This document shows, in pieces, positions 25,391-37,428 of a stretch of 64,000 nucleotides of DNA. Location of the stretch: the NCBI GenBank assembly GCA_030390025.1, contig CM059452.1, positions 5,766,001 through 5,830,000 of the forward strand, written 5' to 3'. Each line of letters starts with the position of its first letter. Position 1 is the stretch's first letter. The DNA is from Squalus acanthias. Lineage: Eukaryota. The translations under genes and the position numbers were made by a program. The notes beneath the pieces were generated by a model. That model ran no database searches, was not told the DNA's origin, and worked only from the letters and a program-made list of their open reading frames with translations.

Positions 25391-28300
25391 AGTGCTGAGT
25401 ATTCCATCACACTCCTTACTTGTGCCTTGTAGATGGTAGAAAGGCTTTGGGGAGTCAGGAGGTGAGACAGTCGCCGCAGAATAACTAGCCTCTGTCCTGC
25501 TCTTGTAGCCACAATATTTATGTGGCTGGTCCAGTTAAGTTTCTGGTCAATGGTGACCCCCTGGATGTTGATGGTGGGGGATGCGGTGATGGTAATGCCA
25601 TTGAATGACAAATGCGGTGGTTAGACTCTCGCTTGTTGGAGATCGTTATTACCTGGCACTTTTGTGGCGTGAATGTTACCTGCCACTTATCAACCCAAGT
25701 CTGAACGTCGTCCAGGTCTTGTTGCATGCGGGCATGGACTGCTTCATTTTCTGAGGAGTTCTGAATGGCACTGAACACTGTGCAGTCATCAGCGAACATC
25801 CCCATTTCTGACCTTATGTTGGAGGAAAGTTCATTGATGAAGCAGCTGGAGATGGTTGGGCCTAGGACACTGCCCTGAGGAAGTCCTGCAGCGATGTCCT
25901 GGGGCTGTGATGATTGACCTTCAAACACCACAACCATCTTCCTTTGTGCTAGGTATGACTCCAGCCAGTGGAGCGTTTCCACCCCCCCCCCCCCGCCCCC
26001 CCCCCCGATTCCCATTGACTTCAGTTTTACTGGGGCTCCTTGATGCCACACTCGGTTAAATGCTGCCTTAATGTCAAGGGCAGTCACTCTCACCTCACCT
26101 CTGGAATTCAGCTCCTTTGTCCATGTTTGGACCAAGGCTGTAATGAGGTCAGGAGCCGAGTGGTCTTGGCGGAACCCAAACTGGGCATCAGTGAGCAGGT
26201 TATTGGTGAATAAGTGCCGCTTGATAACACAGTCGTTGACACCTTCCATCACTTTGATGATGATTGAGAGTAGACTGATCGGGCGGTCATTGGCCAGATT
26301 GGATTTGTCCTGCTTGTTGTGGACAGGACATAGCTGGGCAATTTTCCACATTGTCGGATAGATTCCATTGTTGTAGCTGTACTGGAACAGCTTGGCTCGA
26401 GGCGCGGCTCGTTCTGGAGCATGAGTTTTCAGCACGATAGCCAGGATGTTGTTGGGGCCCATAGCCTTTGCTTTATCCAGTGCGCTCAGCCGTTTCTTGA
26501 TATCACGTGGAGTGAATCGAATTGGCTGAAGACTGGCTTCTGTGATGGTGGGGACCTCAGGAGTCGGCCGATGTCGATCATCCACTCGGCATTTCTGGCT
26601 GAAGATGGCTGCAAACACTTTTGCACTCAAGTGCTGGGCTCCACCATCATTGAGGATGGGAACATTCCTGGAGCCTCCTCCTCCCGTTAGTTGTTTAATG
26701 GTCCACCACCATTCACGACTGGATGTGGCAGGACTGCAGAGCTTTGATCTGATGGGACAGTGTAGAGGGAAACAGGGATAGGTACATTTTTATTTTGACC
26801 ATCAATTGCACAAAGTTATTACACACTCGAGGTATATATCAGGAGATTCTGTGTGATGTTGAGGTGATGACTTGGCAATAAAGCGCAGAGACTGGTGGGT
26901 AGCTGCTCAATATCTTCGGTGTGATTTAATCCCCTTTCCAACTGAATACTGCGGACAGACAGGCTCACCATGGGAACGGAATGGTCAGTGTGACATCACT
27001 TTCTAAACAAGAGCACTCAGAGAATGGGTTATCAATAACATTTGAAGGAATTAAACGATCAGAAATTATATTTTGAATAAAATAAAATAAAATGGTGAAA
27101 AATAACTGGTGAACATAATCATTTTTTGTGGAATGCACTTGCAAACATTGACAAAAATGTGTTTTGTACACACACACACACACACATCACACATATATAC
27201 AGCAAACACTTCTTGTGTGCGCTCTATTCAGTTGTTCCTCTTAACCAGATGAGGGTTAGATAATCGTGTGGACATTAGGACCCCGCGGCAGCCCATACGC
27301 CGGTGCTGTGAGGTCACGGTTCCAGGCTCTGTCACACAATCAGTGGGTCCCGCGAAAGCTCAATAGAAAATACTGCAGGAAAAATAAAGTAATCTTTAAC
27401 ACAACAGCGCTTGCCATTAAGTAATGCAAAGTGCAGTGCACTATTGCTCATCTTTAGCCCTGTCCCTCAATCCCAGCTCTTCTCTGGAAGCTTGTTCCAA
27501 GTTTCATCCTATCCTTTCAAAACAAATATTATCGACAAAATACCAGATCAATTAGAAATTACACACAGCTGCTGATAGCTATTAACAACAATAAACGTGC
27601 ATCGAAGTAAGAAAAATAATTGCATCCTCACACACGCAAATATATATCTTTACTTACATCAATATCCATCTATCCCTCCAACGATCATCTGTCTGTCTCT
27701 CTAATAGACGCATGGTCTAGAGCCGTAATAACTGAGACAGAGTCTAGTGTAATATAAACAGAGACAGGGTCTAGTGTAATATAAAGAGAGACATTGTCTA
27801 GTGTAATATAAACAGAGACAGGGTCTAGTGTAATATAAACAGAGACAGGGTCTAGTGCAATAATAACTAAGACAGGGTCCAGTGTAATATAAACAGAGAC
27901 AGGGTCCAGTGTAATATAAACAGAGACAGAGTCAAGTGCAGTAATAAATGAGACAGGGTCTAGTGTAATAAAAACAGAGACAGGGTCTAGTGTAATATAA
28001 ACAGAGATAGGGGTTAGTGTAATATAAACAGAGACGTGGTCTAGTGTAATATAAACAGAGACGTGGTCTAGTGTAATATAAACAGAGACAGGGTCTAGTG
28101 TAATATAAACAGAGACAGGGTCTAGTGTAATATAAACAGAGACAGGGTCTAGTGTAATATAAACAGAGACAGGGCCCAGTGTAATATAAACAGAGACAGG
28201 GTTTAGTGTAATATAAACAGAGACCGGGTCTAGTGCAATATAAACAGAGACAGAGTCTAGTGTAATATAAACAGAGACAGGGTCTAGTGTAATATAAAGA

Positions 28301-28875
28301 GAGACATTGTCTAGTGTAATATAAACAGAGACAGGGTCTAGTGTAATATAAACAGAGACAGGGTCTAGTGCAATAATAACTAAGACAGGGTCCAGTGTAA
28401 TATAAACAGAGACAGGGTCCAGTGTAATATAAACAGAGACAGGGTCAAGTGCAGTAATAAATGAGACAGGGTCTAGTGTAATAAAAACAGAGACAGGGTC
28501 TAGTGTAATATAAACAGAGACAGGGTCTAGTGTAATATAAACAGAGACAGGGTCTAGTGTAATATAAACAGAGACAGGGTCTAGTGTAATATAAACAGAG
28601 AAAGGGCCTAGTGTAATATAAACAGAGACAGGGTCTAGTGTAATATGAACAGAGACAGGATCTAGTGTAATATAAACTGAGACAGGGTCTAGTGTAATAT
28701 AAACAGAGACAGGATCTAGTGTAATCTAAACAGAGACAGGATCTAGTGTAATATAAACAGAGACAGGATCCAGTGTAATATAAACAGAGACTGGGTCTAG
28801 TGTAATATAAACAGAGACAGGGTCTAGTGCATTAATAACAGAGACAGGGTCTAGTGTAATATAAAGAGAGACGGG
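24525..28875 (+). repeat. Direct segmental duplicate of ~1-4612 (without the LTR)
   Basis: Collinear LINE A/B junction, unique AT-rich DNA, (CA)n and 27-mer array; ORF pairs 177..866 and 24701..25390 are offset by 24524. Confidence 0.95.
25391..26750 (-). mobile_element. CR1-clade LINE family B RT fragment
   Basis: 370-aa ORF with ALDIKAAFNRVWH, GLPQGSVLGP, MFADD; poly-C expansion at ~25982-26006. Confidence 0.92.
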
Positions 28876-28878
28876 TCT
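27710..28878. repeat. 27-bp minisatellite, second array
   Basis: About 43 copies; degenerate copies continue at ~29705-30035 and ~33195-33250. Confidence 0.97.
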
Positions 28879-28879
28879 C

Positions 28880-29705
28880 GGCAGTTATCCGAACCCCAAG
28901 ACATCGCTGCAGGAGTTCCTCAGGGCAGTGCCCTAGGCCCAACCATCTTCAGCTGCTTCATCAATGACCTTCCCTCCAACATAAGGTCAGAAATGGGGAT
29001 ACTCGCTTTTGACTGCACATTGTTCAGTGCCATTCAGAACTCCTCAGATAATGTAGCAGTCCATGCCCACATGCAACAAGAGCTGGAAGACGTTCAGGCT
29101 TGGGCTGCTAAGTGGCAGGTAACATTTGCGCCACACAAGTGCCAGGCAATGACTATCTCCAACAAGCGAGAATCTAACCACTGCCCATTGATGTTCAACG
29201 GCATTTCCATCGCCGAATCCCCCACCATCAACATCCAGGGGTCACCATTGACTAGAAACTTAACTGGACCAGCCACATAAATACTGTGGCAACAAGAGCA
29301 GGTCAGAAGCTAGGTATTCTGCGGCGAGTGTCTCACCTCCTGACTCCTCAAATCATTTCCACTATCTACAAGGCACAAGTAAGGAGTGTGATGGAATACT
29401 CTCCACTTGCCTGGATGAGTGCAGCTCCAACAACACTCAAGAAGCTCGACACCATCCAGGATAAAGCAACTCGCTTGATTGACACCCCATCCACCACCTT
29501 AAACATTCACTCGTTCCACCACCGGCGTACCGTAGCTGCAGTGTGTACCCTCTACAAGATGCACCGCAGCAACTCGCCAAGGCTCCTTCGGCAGCACCAC
29601 CCAAACTCGCGAACTCTTCCACCAAGAAGGACAAGGGCAGCAGGCGCATGGAAACACCACCACCTCCAAGTTCCCCTCCAGGTCACACACCATCCTGACG
29701 TAGAA
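28880..29705 (+). mobile_element. LINE family B 3' ORF2 fragment inserted in the 27-mer array
   Basis: GVPQGSALGP through YKAQVRSVMEYSPLAWMSAAPTTLKKLDTIQDKA; opposite orientation to the 25.4-26.7 kb copy. Confidence 0.88.
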
Positions 29706-30039
29706 GTATATGTGAGACAGGGCCGAGTGTAATAGAAATAGAGGCATGGTCTGTTGTAGTAATAAGTAAGATAAAGCCATGTGTAGTATAAATAGCTACG
29801 TGGCCTAGTGCAGTAATAAATGAGACAGGGTTTAGTGTAATATTAACAGAGGCAGGGTCTAGTGAAATACAAACAGTGACGTGGTCTACTGCAGTATATC
29901 TGCGACAGGGCCTAGTGTAATAGTATCAAAACAGATGGTGTAGTGTAATGTAAAGAGCGACATTGCCTTTTGCGGGAGTATCTGAGACAGGCCCTCATGT
30001 AATAAGCTGATACGCTGTCTAATATAACAGGAACAGAGA

Positions 30040-33000
30040 AATAAGAACATAAGAACATAAGAAATAGGAGTAGGTGTAGGCCATTTGGCACTTCGAGCGT
30101 GCTCCGCCATTCAATAAGATCATGGCTGATCTTCTACCTCATCTCCACTTTCCTGCACTATCCCCATATCCCTTGATACCCTTAATATTCAAAAATCTAT
30201 CGATCTCTGTCTTGAATATACTCAATGACTGAGCCTCCACGGCTCTCTGGGGTGGAGAATTCCAAAGATTCACCACCCTCTGAGTGAAGTAATTTCTCCT
30301 TATCTCACTCCTAAATGGTTGACCCCTTATTCTGAGGCTGTGACCCCTGGTTCAAGATACCCGAGCCAGGGGAATCATCCTCCCTGCATCTTCCCTGTCA
30401 AGCCCTGTTGGAATTTTGTATGTTTCAATAAGATCATTTCTCATTCTTCTAATCTCTCGAAAATATAGGCCTAGTCAACTCAATATGTCCTCAATCTTGT
30501 CACCCATCGCAGGAACCAGTCTGGTGAACCTTCGTTGCACTCCCTCTATGGCAAGTATATCCTTCCTTAGGTAAGGAGACCAAAACTGTAGACAATACTC
30601 CAGGTGTGGTCTCACCAGGGCCCTATATAATTGCAGTAAGACGTCTTTACACTTATACTCAAATCCTCTTGTAATAAAGGCCAACATACCTTTTACTTTC
30701 CTAATTGCATGCTGTACATACATGTTAACTTTCAGTGATTCGTGTACAAGGACACCCAGGTCCCTCTGAACACCAACATTTCCCAATCTCTCACCATTTA
30801 AAAAATACTCCGCTTTGCTATTTTTCCTACCAAAGTGGATAACTTCACATTTCTCCACATTATATTCCATTTGCCATGTTCTTGCCCACTCACTTCGCCT
30901 GTCTATATCTCCTTGAAGCCTCCTTGCATCCTTATCACAACTTACATTCCCACCTAGCTTTGTATCATGAGCAAACTTGGATATATTACATTTGGTCCCC
31001 TCATCCAAATCATTGATGTAGATTGTGAATAGCTGAGGCCCCAGCACTGATCCTTGCGGTACCCCACTAGTTACAGCCTGCCAACCCGAAAATGACCCGT
31101 TGATTCCTACTCTCTGTTTCCTGCCGTTAACCAATCCTCAATCCATGCTGGTATATTACCCCCAATCCCATGAGCCCTAATTTTGTTTAATAACCTCTTG
31201 TGTGGCATCTTATCGAATACCTTCTGAAAATCCAAATACACCACATCCACTGGTTCCCCTTTATCTATTCTGCCAGTTACAACCTCAAAAAACTCTAACA
31301 GATTTGTCAAACATGTTTTGCCTTTCATAAATCCGTGTTGGCTCTGCCCAATCCTATTATTATTTTCTAAGTGCCCTGTTACCACGTCCTTAATAATACA
31401 TTCTATCATTTTCCCTACTACTGATGTCAGGCTAACTGGTCTGTAGTTCCCCGTTTTCTCTTTCCCTCCTTTCTTAAATAGTGGGGTTACATTTGCTACC
31501 TTGCAATCCGCGGGCACCATTCTAGAATCTATGCAATTTTGGAAAATGACAACCAATGCATCCACTATCTCTACAGCCACCTCATTCAAAACCCTCGGGT
31601 GTAGGCCATCAGTTCCAGGGGATTTATCGGCTTTCAGTCCCATTAATTTCTACAGTACTATTTTTTTAGTAATACTAATTTCTTTCTGTTCCTCATTCTC
31701 GCTAGACCCTTAGTTAACCACTGCTTCCAGGAAGATTTTTGCGTCTTCTTCCATGGAGACAGACACAAAGTATTTGTTTAATTTCTCTGCCATTTCCTTA
31801 TTCCCCATTTTAATTTCTTCTGCTCAGCCTGTAAGGGACCCACATTTACTTTTGCTAATCTTTTCCTTTTTACATACCTATAGAAGCTTTTACAGTCTGT
31901 TTTTATGTCTCTCGCTAGTTTACTCTAATATTCTATTTTCCCTGTCTGTATCAATTTCTTGGTCCTCCTTTGTTGAATTCTAAAATCCTCCCAATCCTCA
32001 GGCTTACTACTCTGTTTGGCAACATTATAAGCTTCTTCCTTTGATCTAATACTATCTTTAACTTCTCTTGTTAGCCACGGGTGGACCACTTTTCCTGTGG
32101 GATTTTTGTGCCTTAAGGAATGTATATTTGTTGTAAATTATGTATTAATTCTTTAAATGCTAGCAATTGCTTGTCAACCGTCATACTTTTTAATATATTT
32201 TCCCAATCTATCTTAGTCATCTCGCCCCTCATACCTACGTAGTTTGCTTTGTTTAGATTTAAGACCCTAGTTTCGGATTTAACTTACAAACTCAATATAA
32301 AATTCTATCATATTATGGTCACTCTTCCCTAAAGGTCCCTTCACTACAAGGTTATTAATTAACTCTTTCTCATTGCACAATGCTAGATCTAAAATCGCCT
32401 GTTCCCTAGTTGGTTCCTCAACATACTGATCTAGAAACCTATCTTGCATACATTCCATGAATTCGTCCTCACACTATTGCTGCAAATTTGGTTTGGCCAG
32501 TCTATATGTAGATTAAAGTCCCCAATGATTACTGTATTACCCTTGTTACATGCGCCTCTAATTTCCTGATTTATACTCTGCCCTACATTACAACTACTGT
32601 TTGGGGGCCTATAAACAACTCCCACCAATGTTTGCTGCCCCTTGCTGTTTCTTACCTCCACCCAAACTGATTCTACTTTTTTATTTTCGGAGCTAAGATC
32701 CTTTCTCTCTTCTGTCTTTAACCCTTCCTTTATTATCAGGGCTAACTCCTCCTCCTTTTCCATCTCTTTTAAAATTTAAGTATCCTGGAATATTCCATTC
32801 CCAAACTTGGTCACTGTACAACCACGTCTCCGTTATGGCTATTAGATCAAACCTGTTAATTTCTATCTGTGCTATTAATTTATCTATTTTGTTGTGAATG
32901 CTTTGCGCATTCAGATATAGTGCCTTTAGCTTTGATTTTTTTCTATTTTTCCCTGATGTCACCTTAGTCACTGACATTTATGTCGCTGCTTTTAAATTTA

Positions 33001-33187
33001 CTCTTTCCTGAATCATCCCGCACCGCACCCCCCCCCCCCCCCCACCTTTCATTAGTTTAAAACCCTGTCTACTGCCCCAGTTATTCAGTTCGCCAGGACA
33101 CTGGTCCCAGCCCAGTTTAAGTGGAGCACGTCCCAATGGAACAGCTCCCTCTTTCCCCAGTAGTGGGGATAGTGCCCCATGAACTGA
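30040..33187 (-). mobile_element. CR1 LINE, 5'-truncated: end of ORF1, broken ORF2, 3' UTR and (TTCTTATG)n tail
   Basis: ORF1 esterase-like remnant (FHWDVLHLNWAGTSVLAN, ~33090-33145), ORF2 start LKALYLNAQSI..IAITETWL, VYRPPNS, RT motifs (catalytic site mutated to FAHD), tail at ~30041-30062. Confidence 0.92.
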
Positions 33188-33264
33188 AAATGAACTAGAC
33201 ATGGTCTAGTGCAGTGATAACTGAGAAAGGACCGCGTGTATTCGAACAGAACAGATGAAAAGTC

Positions 33265-33695
33265 TGTGTGTCAGATAGGTCCCTAACTCTCAGAATATTT
33301 TCCAGTGTCTGTGCATTGTGGTGTGTCAGATAGGTCCCATAATCTGGGCATCATTCCCAGGGTTTGTGCTCTCTGGTGTGTCATATAGATTCCAGACTCT
33401 GGGAATCATTCCCAGGGTTTGTGCTCTCTGGTGTGTCATATAGATTCCAGACTCTGGGAATCATTCTCCTGGGTTTGTGCTCTCTGGTGTGTCAGGTAGG
33501 CCCCAGGCTCTGAGAATCATTCCCAGGGTTTGTGCTCTCTGGTGTGTCGGATAGGTCCCAGGCTCTGGGAATCATTCCCACGGTTTGTGCATTCTGGTGT
33601 GACAGATAGGTCCCAGACTCTGGGCATCATTCCCAGGGTTTGTACACACTGGTGTGACAGATAGGTCCCAGGCTCTCAGAATCATTCCCAGGGTT
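33265..33695. repeat. 55-bp minisatellite, ~8 copies
   Basis: Unit GGTGTGTCAGATAGGTCCCAGACTCTGGGAATCATTCCCAGGGTTTGTGCTCTCT; period 55 (33375, 33430). Confidence 0.93.
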
Positions 33696-35042
33696 ATCAA
33701 GTGATTTGAAATGAACCTCCATATAACCAATGGGGTTGTGTTTTACCTGTATGGGTATATTATTGTTGGGCAGGTGTGTGTCCAAAGAGGTTCCACTCAT
33801 GATAGGTGGGTTGTAGTTGGCTTGCTATCTCTGATCAGCGGGCTGGAAACAGCGCGTTGATTTTTCTGCACAGAACCAACAGATGTTTCCTGTAAGTTAC
33901 ATTGTGAGTTCTCGCCCCTCCCTGAGGGGGAAATGATTGATTTCTCTCACAAACTGTGTGGGAGAGATATGGACTGAGTATGGGTGGGAGCGAAGTGGAA
34001 TTTAACTCTTCAACTACTGAATGATTAGACAACGTCCATCGAAAATATATTTCTTATGGCATGACCTTAAAAAATATGATGTTTCGTGTATGACATGTGC
34101 AGAACTGAATAAAATACGATTAGAGCAATGAAAGCGTTTAAGACATTCATCATTAAAAGACAATTCTCTCTGATTGAAGGCGATGTTCTATTACAATCCT
34201 GCAGAAAGCAATGGAAGCTGTGCTGGAATCACATAAACAGAGACAGGCCCAGTTATAAAGAACCGATATAACAGTTCTTGGTTCCATTGGTAATTTTGTC
34301 CTTGACCCCATGACCTGCAGTCTGCCGAGTTACTGCTCTGACCGGGAATTCTAGTTACTCGCTGATGTTTTGGTCTAATTGTCATTGACAGCCTTTATAT
34401 TTTAAAATGAAACACGCTCCGGTCCAGCTGTGAGAGACGTGCACTTGGTGTCAGAGCAGCTGGCAACAGCTGGGTTAAGGTCAGCACTGAATCAAACTGC
34501 ACGATGGTGACACTCAATTAAAGCATTTAATTTAATGAGTTCCCTTTCCTGGTGCAAATTAAAAATGTTACCTAAAACTAGTAATATCCCAAATCTACGA
34601 CTGTAATTGCTCCTTTAATCGGTTCACTTTGATCGATACTGTTTAATCTGCAGTGTTGAGGACATTTCCATGGTCGGCGGGACAGTAATGTAACTGCGAT
34701 TAGAAAGGCAGGCAGCGTGATTGAATTCTCACCCAGACAGCTTGGGGCGGACCGTGCGGTCTCCTCACACCCACACAGATCGGTGTAGATCTTAACTTTT
34801 ACAACTTAGAATTGTTCAGAGTGAAATAAAGTGACGGTCTTCACACAGGTGAACGGAGATCCAGTGCCCGATTGAGGCAGGGATGATTGTATTAGGTGCG
34901 GAGCTGCGCAGGCGCGATGGATGCTATCTGACAATATGTGACGTTATTCCCAAACTTCGCTTCCCTCCTGTAGAACCGGGACAAATATCAACTCCTGTGT
35001 CCTTTTCCCTTCCATCCCACAAGCAGTTGCCGATCGGAAAAA

Positions 35043-35305
35043 GAAAAACTTGCATTTATGCAGCGCCTGTCTCGACATCAGGATGTCCCAAAGCGCTTCA
35101 CAGCCAATGATGTACTTTTTGAAATGTAATCACTGTTATAACCTCGGGAAACGCGGCAGCCAATTTGAGCACAGCACGATCCAACTGACAGCAATGTGAT
35201 AAATGACCAAATAATCTGTTTTAGTCATGTTGGCCAATACACCGGGGAGAATTCCCCCGCTCTTCCTTGAAATAATGCCATGGGATCTTTTACGTCCACC
35301 TGGGA
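35043..35305 (-). mobile_element. Deu-type SINE 3' portion upstream of the VH promoter
   Basis: Reverse-complement similarity to 5560-5835 (ACTTGCATTTATGCAGCGCC...GCCATGGGATCTTTTACGTCCACCTG). Confidence 0.8.
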
Positions 35306-35489
35306 GGAATTGGACACTGAGTAAATGTGGGCTGTTTGTGGGGAATGTAAATCCTCACAGTGATTCAATTTTATACTAAATATGTTTTGGTTCGACCGTA
35401 TATAATCCCCAACAGTAAATCGGCAATCAAAGTCAAGGTAATTTTGGGGAATGGACACAGAACACGGATTATTAATGGTTAATTATATT

Positions 35490-35620
35490 TTACACAGCTG
35501 GACTCAGACAGGAAACAGAGGAGGAGTCAGGCTGCTGCTGGGGGAGGCGTGTAACTCCCAGTCCCCAGCTCCCCCTCTCTCTCTCACACACACACAGGGC
35601 TCCAGACAGTTTAAATAGCG
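35490..35620 (+). promoter_or_regulatory. Putative VH promoter (TATA-like box, E-box, purine-rich Ets-like tract; no octamer)
   Basis: TTTAAATA at 35610-35617, ~95 bp upstream of the ATG; CAGCTG at 35495-35500; CAGGAAACAGAGGAGGAG near 35510; GGGGAGGCGTG near 35541. No ATGCAAAT seen nearby. Confidence 0.6.
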
Positions 35621-35708
35621 GGACGGTTCAGCTCCAAGTTCACAATCAGGAGGCGTTGTTGCGGCGCCGAGACACGTTCCCGAGTCAGTTACACCGAGAG
35701 ACCGAACG

Positions 35709-35754
35709 ATGGGACTTGCCCCGTGCCTCTGTTTGTTACTGGCTTGCTTCGCCT
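35709..35754 (+). CDS. IGHV: Ig heavy-chain V gene leader exon (L-part1), MGLAPCLCLLLACFA + phase-1 nucleotide
   Basis: ATG at 35709, 15 hydrophobic codons plus 1 nt, then donor GTGAGT at 35755; 121-nt intron ends ...ttcattcactgacAG at 35875. Splicing gives MGLAPCLCLLLACFAYVRS|DIVLTQ. Not in the ORF track. Confidence 0.93.
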
Positions 35755-35875
35755 GTGAGTATTCCTCACTGCTTTAGTGACACAATAGAAGACAGCTTCA
35801 GATATTGCGTTTTAATTTCTATTCATTGATGTGAATGTTCTCCAATGTAATTGCATTTTTTTCATTCACTGACAG

Positions 35876-36178
35876 ATGTCCGGTCCGATATCGTGCTGAC
35901 CCAGTCGGCTTCTGTGTCGAAGAAGCCCGGAGAATCTCACAAACTGTCCTGTTCAGTGAGCGGGTTCACTCTGGACAGCTACTATATGCACTGGGTTAAA
36001 CAAGTTCCCGGGAAGGGGCTGGAGTGGCTGCTTGCTTACAATACTCCGTCCAATACCATTTATTACGCGCCTGGAGTCGAAGGTCGGATCGTCCCTTCAA
36101 AAGACTCTTCCACAACCTATATCGAGATCAATAATCTGAGAACCGAAGACACCGCCATGTATTACTGTGCAAGAGACC
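35876..36178 (+). CDS. IGHV: Germline Ig VH exon, IgW (IgD/W)-like, open and apparently functional
   Basis: VRS-DIVLTQSASVSKKPGESHKLSCSVSGFTLDSYYMHWVKQVPGKGLEWLLAY...LRTEDTAMYYCARD: both Ig cysteines, FR2 Trp, GKGLEW, YYCAR, no stops, followed by an RSS. The MG(L/I)A...VRS leader, ESHKLSC, WLLAY and short FR3 resemble shark IgW V rather than IgM V (recalled, not searched). Confidence 0.95.
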
Positions 36179-36217
36179 CACAGCGACCCGAACAAGTCCT
36201 GGGCTCGTACAGAAACC
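36179..36217 (+). other. V 3' recombination signal sequence, 23-bp spacer
   Basis: Heptamer CACAGCG (36179-36185), 23-nt spacer, nonamer ACAGAAACC (36209-36217); each is one mismatch from consensus. Confidence 0.95.
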
Positions 36218-36577
36218 GAACGAGAGCAATTGCAGCAACTTCCATCGAATCCTAGGTCAGTAATGGTGTAAAATATAACAAGAGATGTGTTTTAACCGAG
36301 ATGGGAAGGATGTATTTGCTACAGCAATAAACTGGCTAAGAATAAAATACACATTAACTAAGTTTGTATAGTTGAAGATCCATGGTTACTGTTTACAGTG
36401 CCCGGGACTGGCAACGAGGATTCAATGACAGCTTTATTATTGTATCTATGGGCATAATTTTGGTCGAATTCTGCCCTTCTGAGAAAAATTCATGAATAGA
36501 TTATAATCAAAATCCGTTAAAAACTTTTATTGGCTGAGCGATTTTATCTCTAACAGCGTTAATCAGAGAGTGAGTGC

Positions 36578-36657
36578 AGTATTTGTGCGGGTTCCTGTCA
36601 CTGTGGTACTACAGTGGGTCACGGTGCTGTACAGAGCGAGCTCCTCATACAACAACC
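36578..36657 (+). other. IGHD: D1 segment (36606-36619, GTACTACAGTGGGT) with 5' 12-RSS and 3' 22-RSS
   Basis: AGTATTTGT-12 nt-CACTGTG | 14-nt D | CACGGTG-22 nt-ACAACAACC. The 12/22 layout matches the shark IgH cluster D1. All three frames are open (VLQW, YYSG, TTVG). Confidence 0.93.
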
Positions 36658-36877
36658 CCAGACAGCGAGTTTGCTCACACCTGCGATCACTGCCACGGCA
36701 GGAGCGTCGAAGGAAATGAGGCTTGAATACAAATAATGGGTAGAAGTAATATAGCTTTGTAAAATGACCAGCACAAACTGAAATATCTCACTGATTCACT
36801 CTTAGCGGAGTCGGAATCAGCGTTTTGAGAGCGCTGTGGAATTTCATCTCTGTATTTTACAGTTAACAGTCCGCCGG

Positions 36878-36928
36878 AGTATTTGGCACGGCGTGTCTCA
36901 CTGTGGTACAACTGGGTGGCACAGCAGT
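36878..36928 (+). other. IGHD: D2 segment (36906-36919, GTACAACTGGGTGG) with 5' 12-RSS; 3' RSS truncated by the gap
   Basis: AGTATTTGG-12 nt-CACTGTG | 14-nt D | heptamer CACAGCA (36920-36926), then 2 nt before the Ns. Confidence 0.88.
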
Positions 36929-37428
36929 NNNNNNNNNNNNNNNNNNNNNNNNNNNNNNNNNNNNNNNNNNNNNNNNNNNNNNNNNNNNNNNNNNNNNNNN
37001 NNNNNNNNNNNNNNNNNNNNNNNNNNNNNNNNNNNNNNNNNNNNNNNNNNNNNNNNNNNNNNNNNNNNNNNNNNNNNNNNNNNNNNNNNNNNNNNNNNNN
37101 NNNNNNNNNNNNNNNNNNNNNNNNNNNNNNNNNNNNNNNNNNNNNNNNNNNNNNNNNNNNNNNNNNNNNNNNNNNNNNNNNNNNNNNNNNNNNNNNNNNN
37201 NNNNNNNNNNNNNNNNNNNNNNNNNNNNNNNNNNNNNNNNNNNNNNNNNNNNNNNNNNNNNNNNNNNNNNNNNNNNNNNNNNNNNNNNNNNNNNNNNNNN
37301 NNNNNNNNNNNNNNNNNNNNNNNNNNNNNNNNNNNNNNNNNNNNNNNNNNNNNNNNNNNNNNNNNNNNNNNNNNNNNNNNNNNNNNNNNNNNNNNNNNNN
37401 NNNNNNNNNNNNNNNNNNNNNNNNNNNN
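36929..37428. other. Assembly gap (exactly 500 N, placeholder size)
   Basis: Run of 500 N. Confidence 1.

Noticed and set aside
25518-26630. 370-aa RT ORF as an active or domesticated gene
   Set aside because: Truncated at both ends, poly-G insertion, downstream frameshift, and the paralog has lost the catalytic motif.
36163-36169. Embedded heptamer TACTGTG at the V 3' end
   Set aside because: Expected from YYC codons in most VH genes; not informative here.
35851-36255. ORF-track 134-aa call as the full V protein
   Set aside because: It starts in the intron and reads through the RSS; the real structure is 35709-35754 plus 35876-36178.
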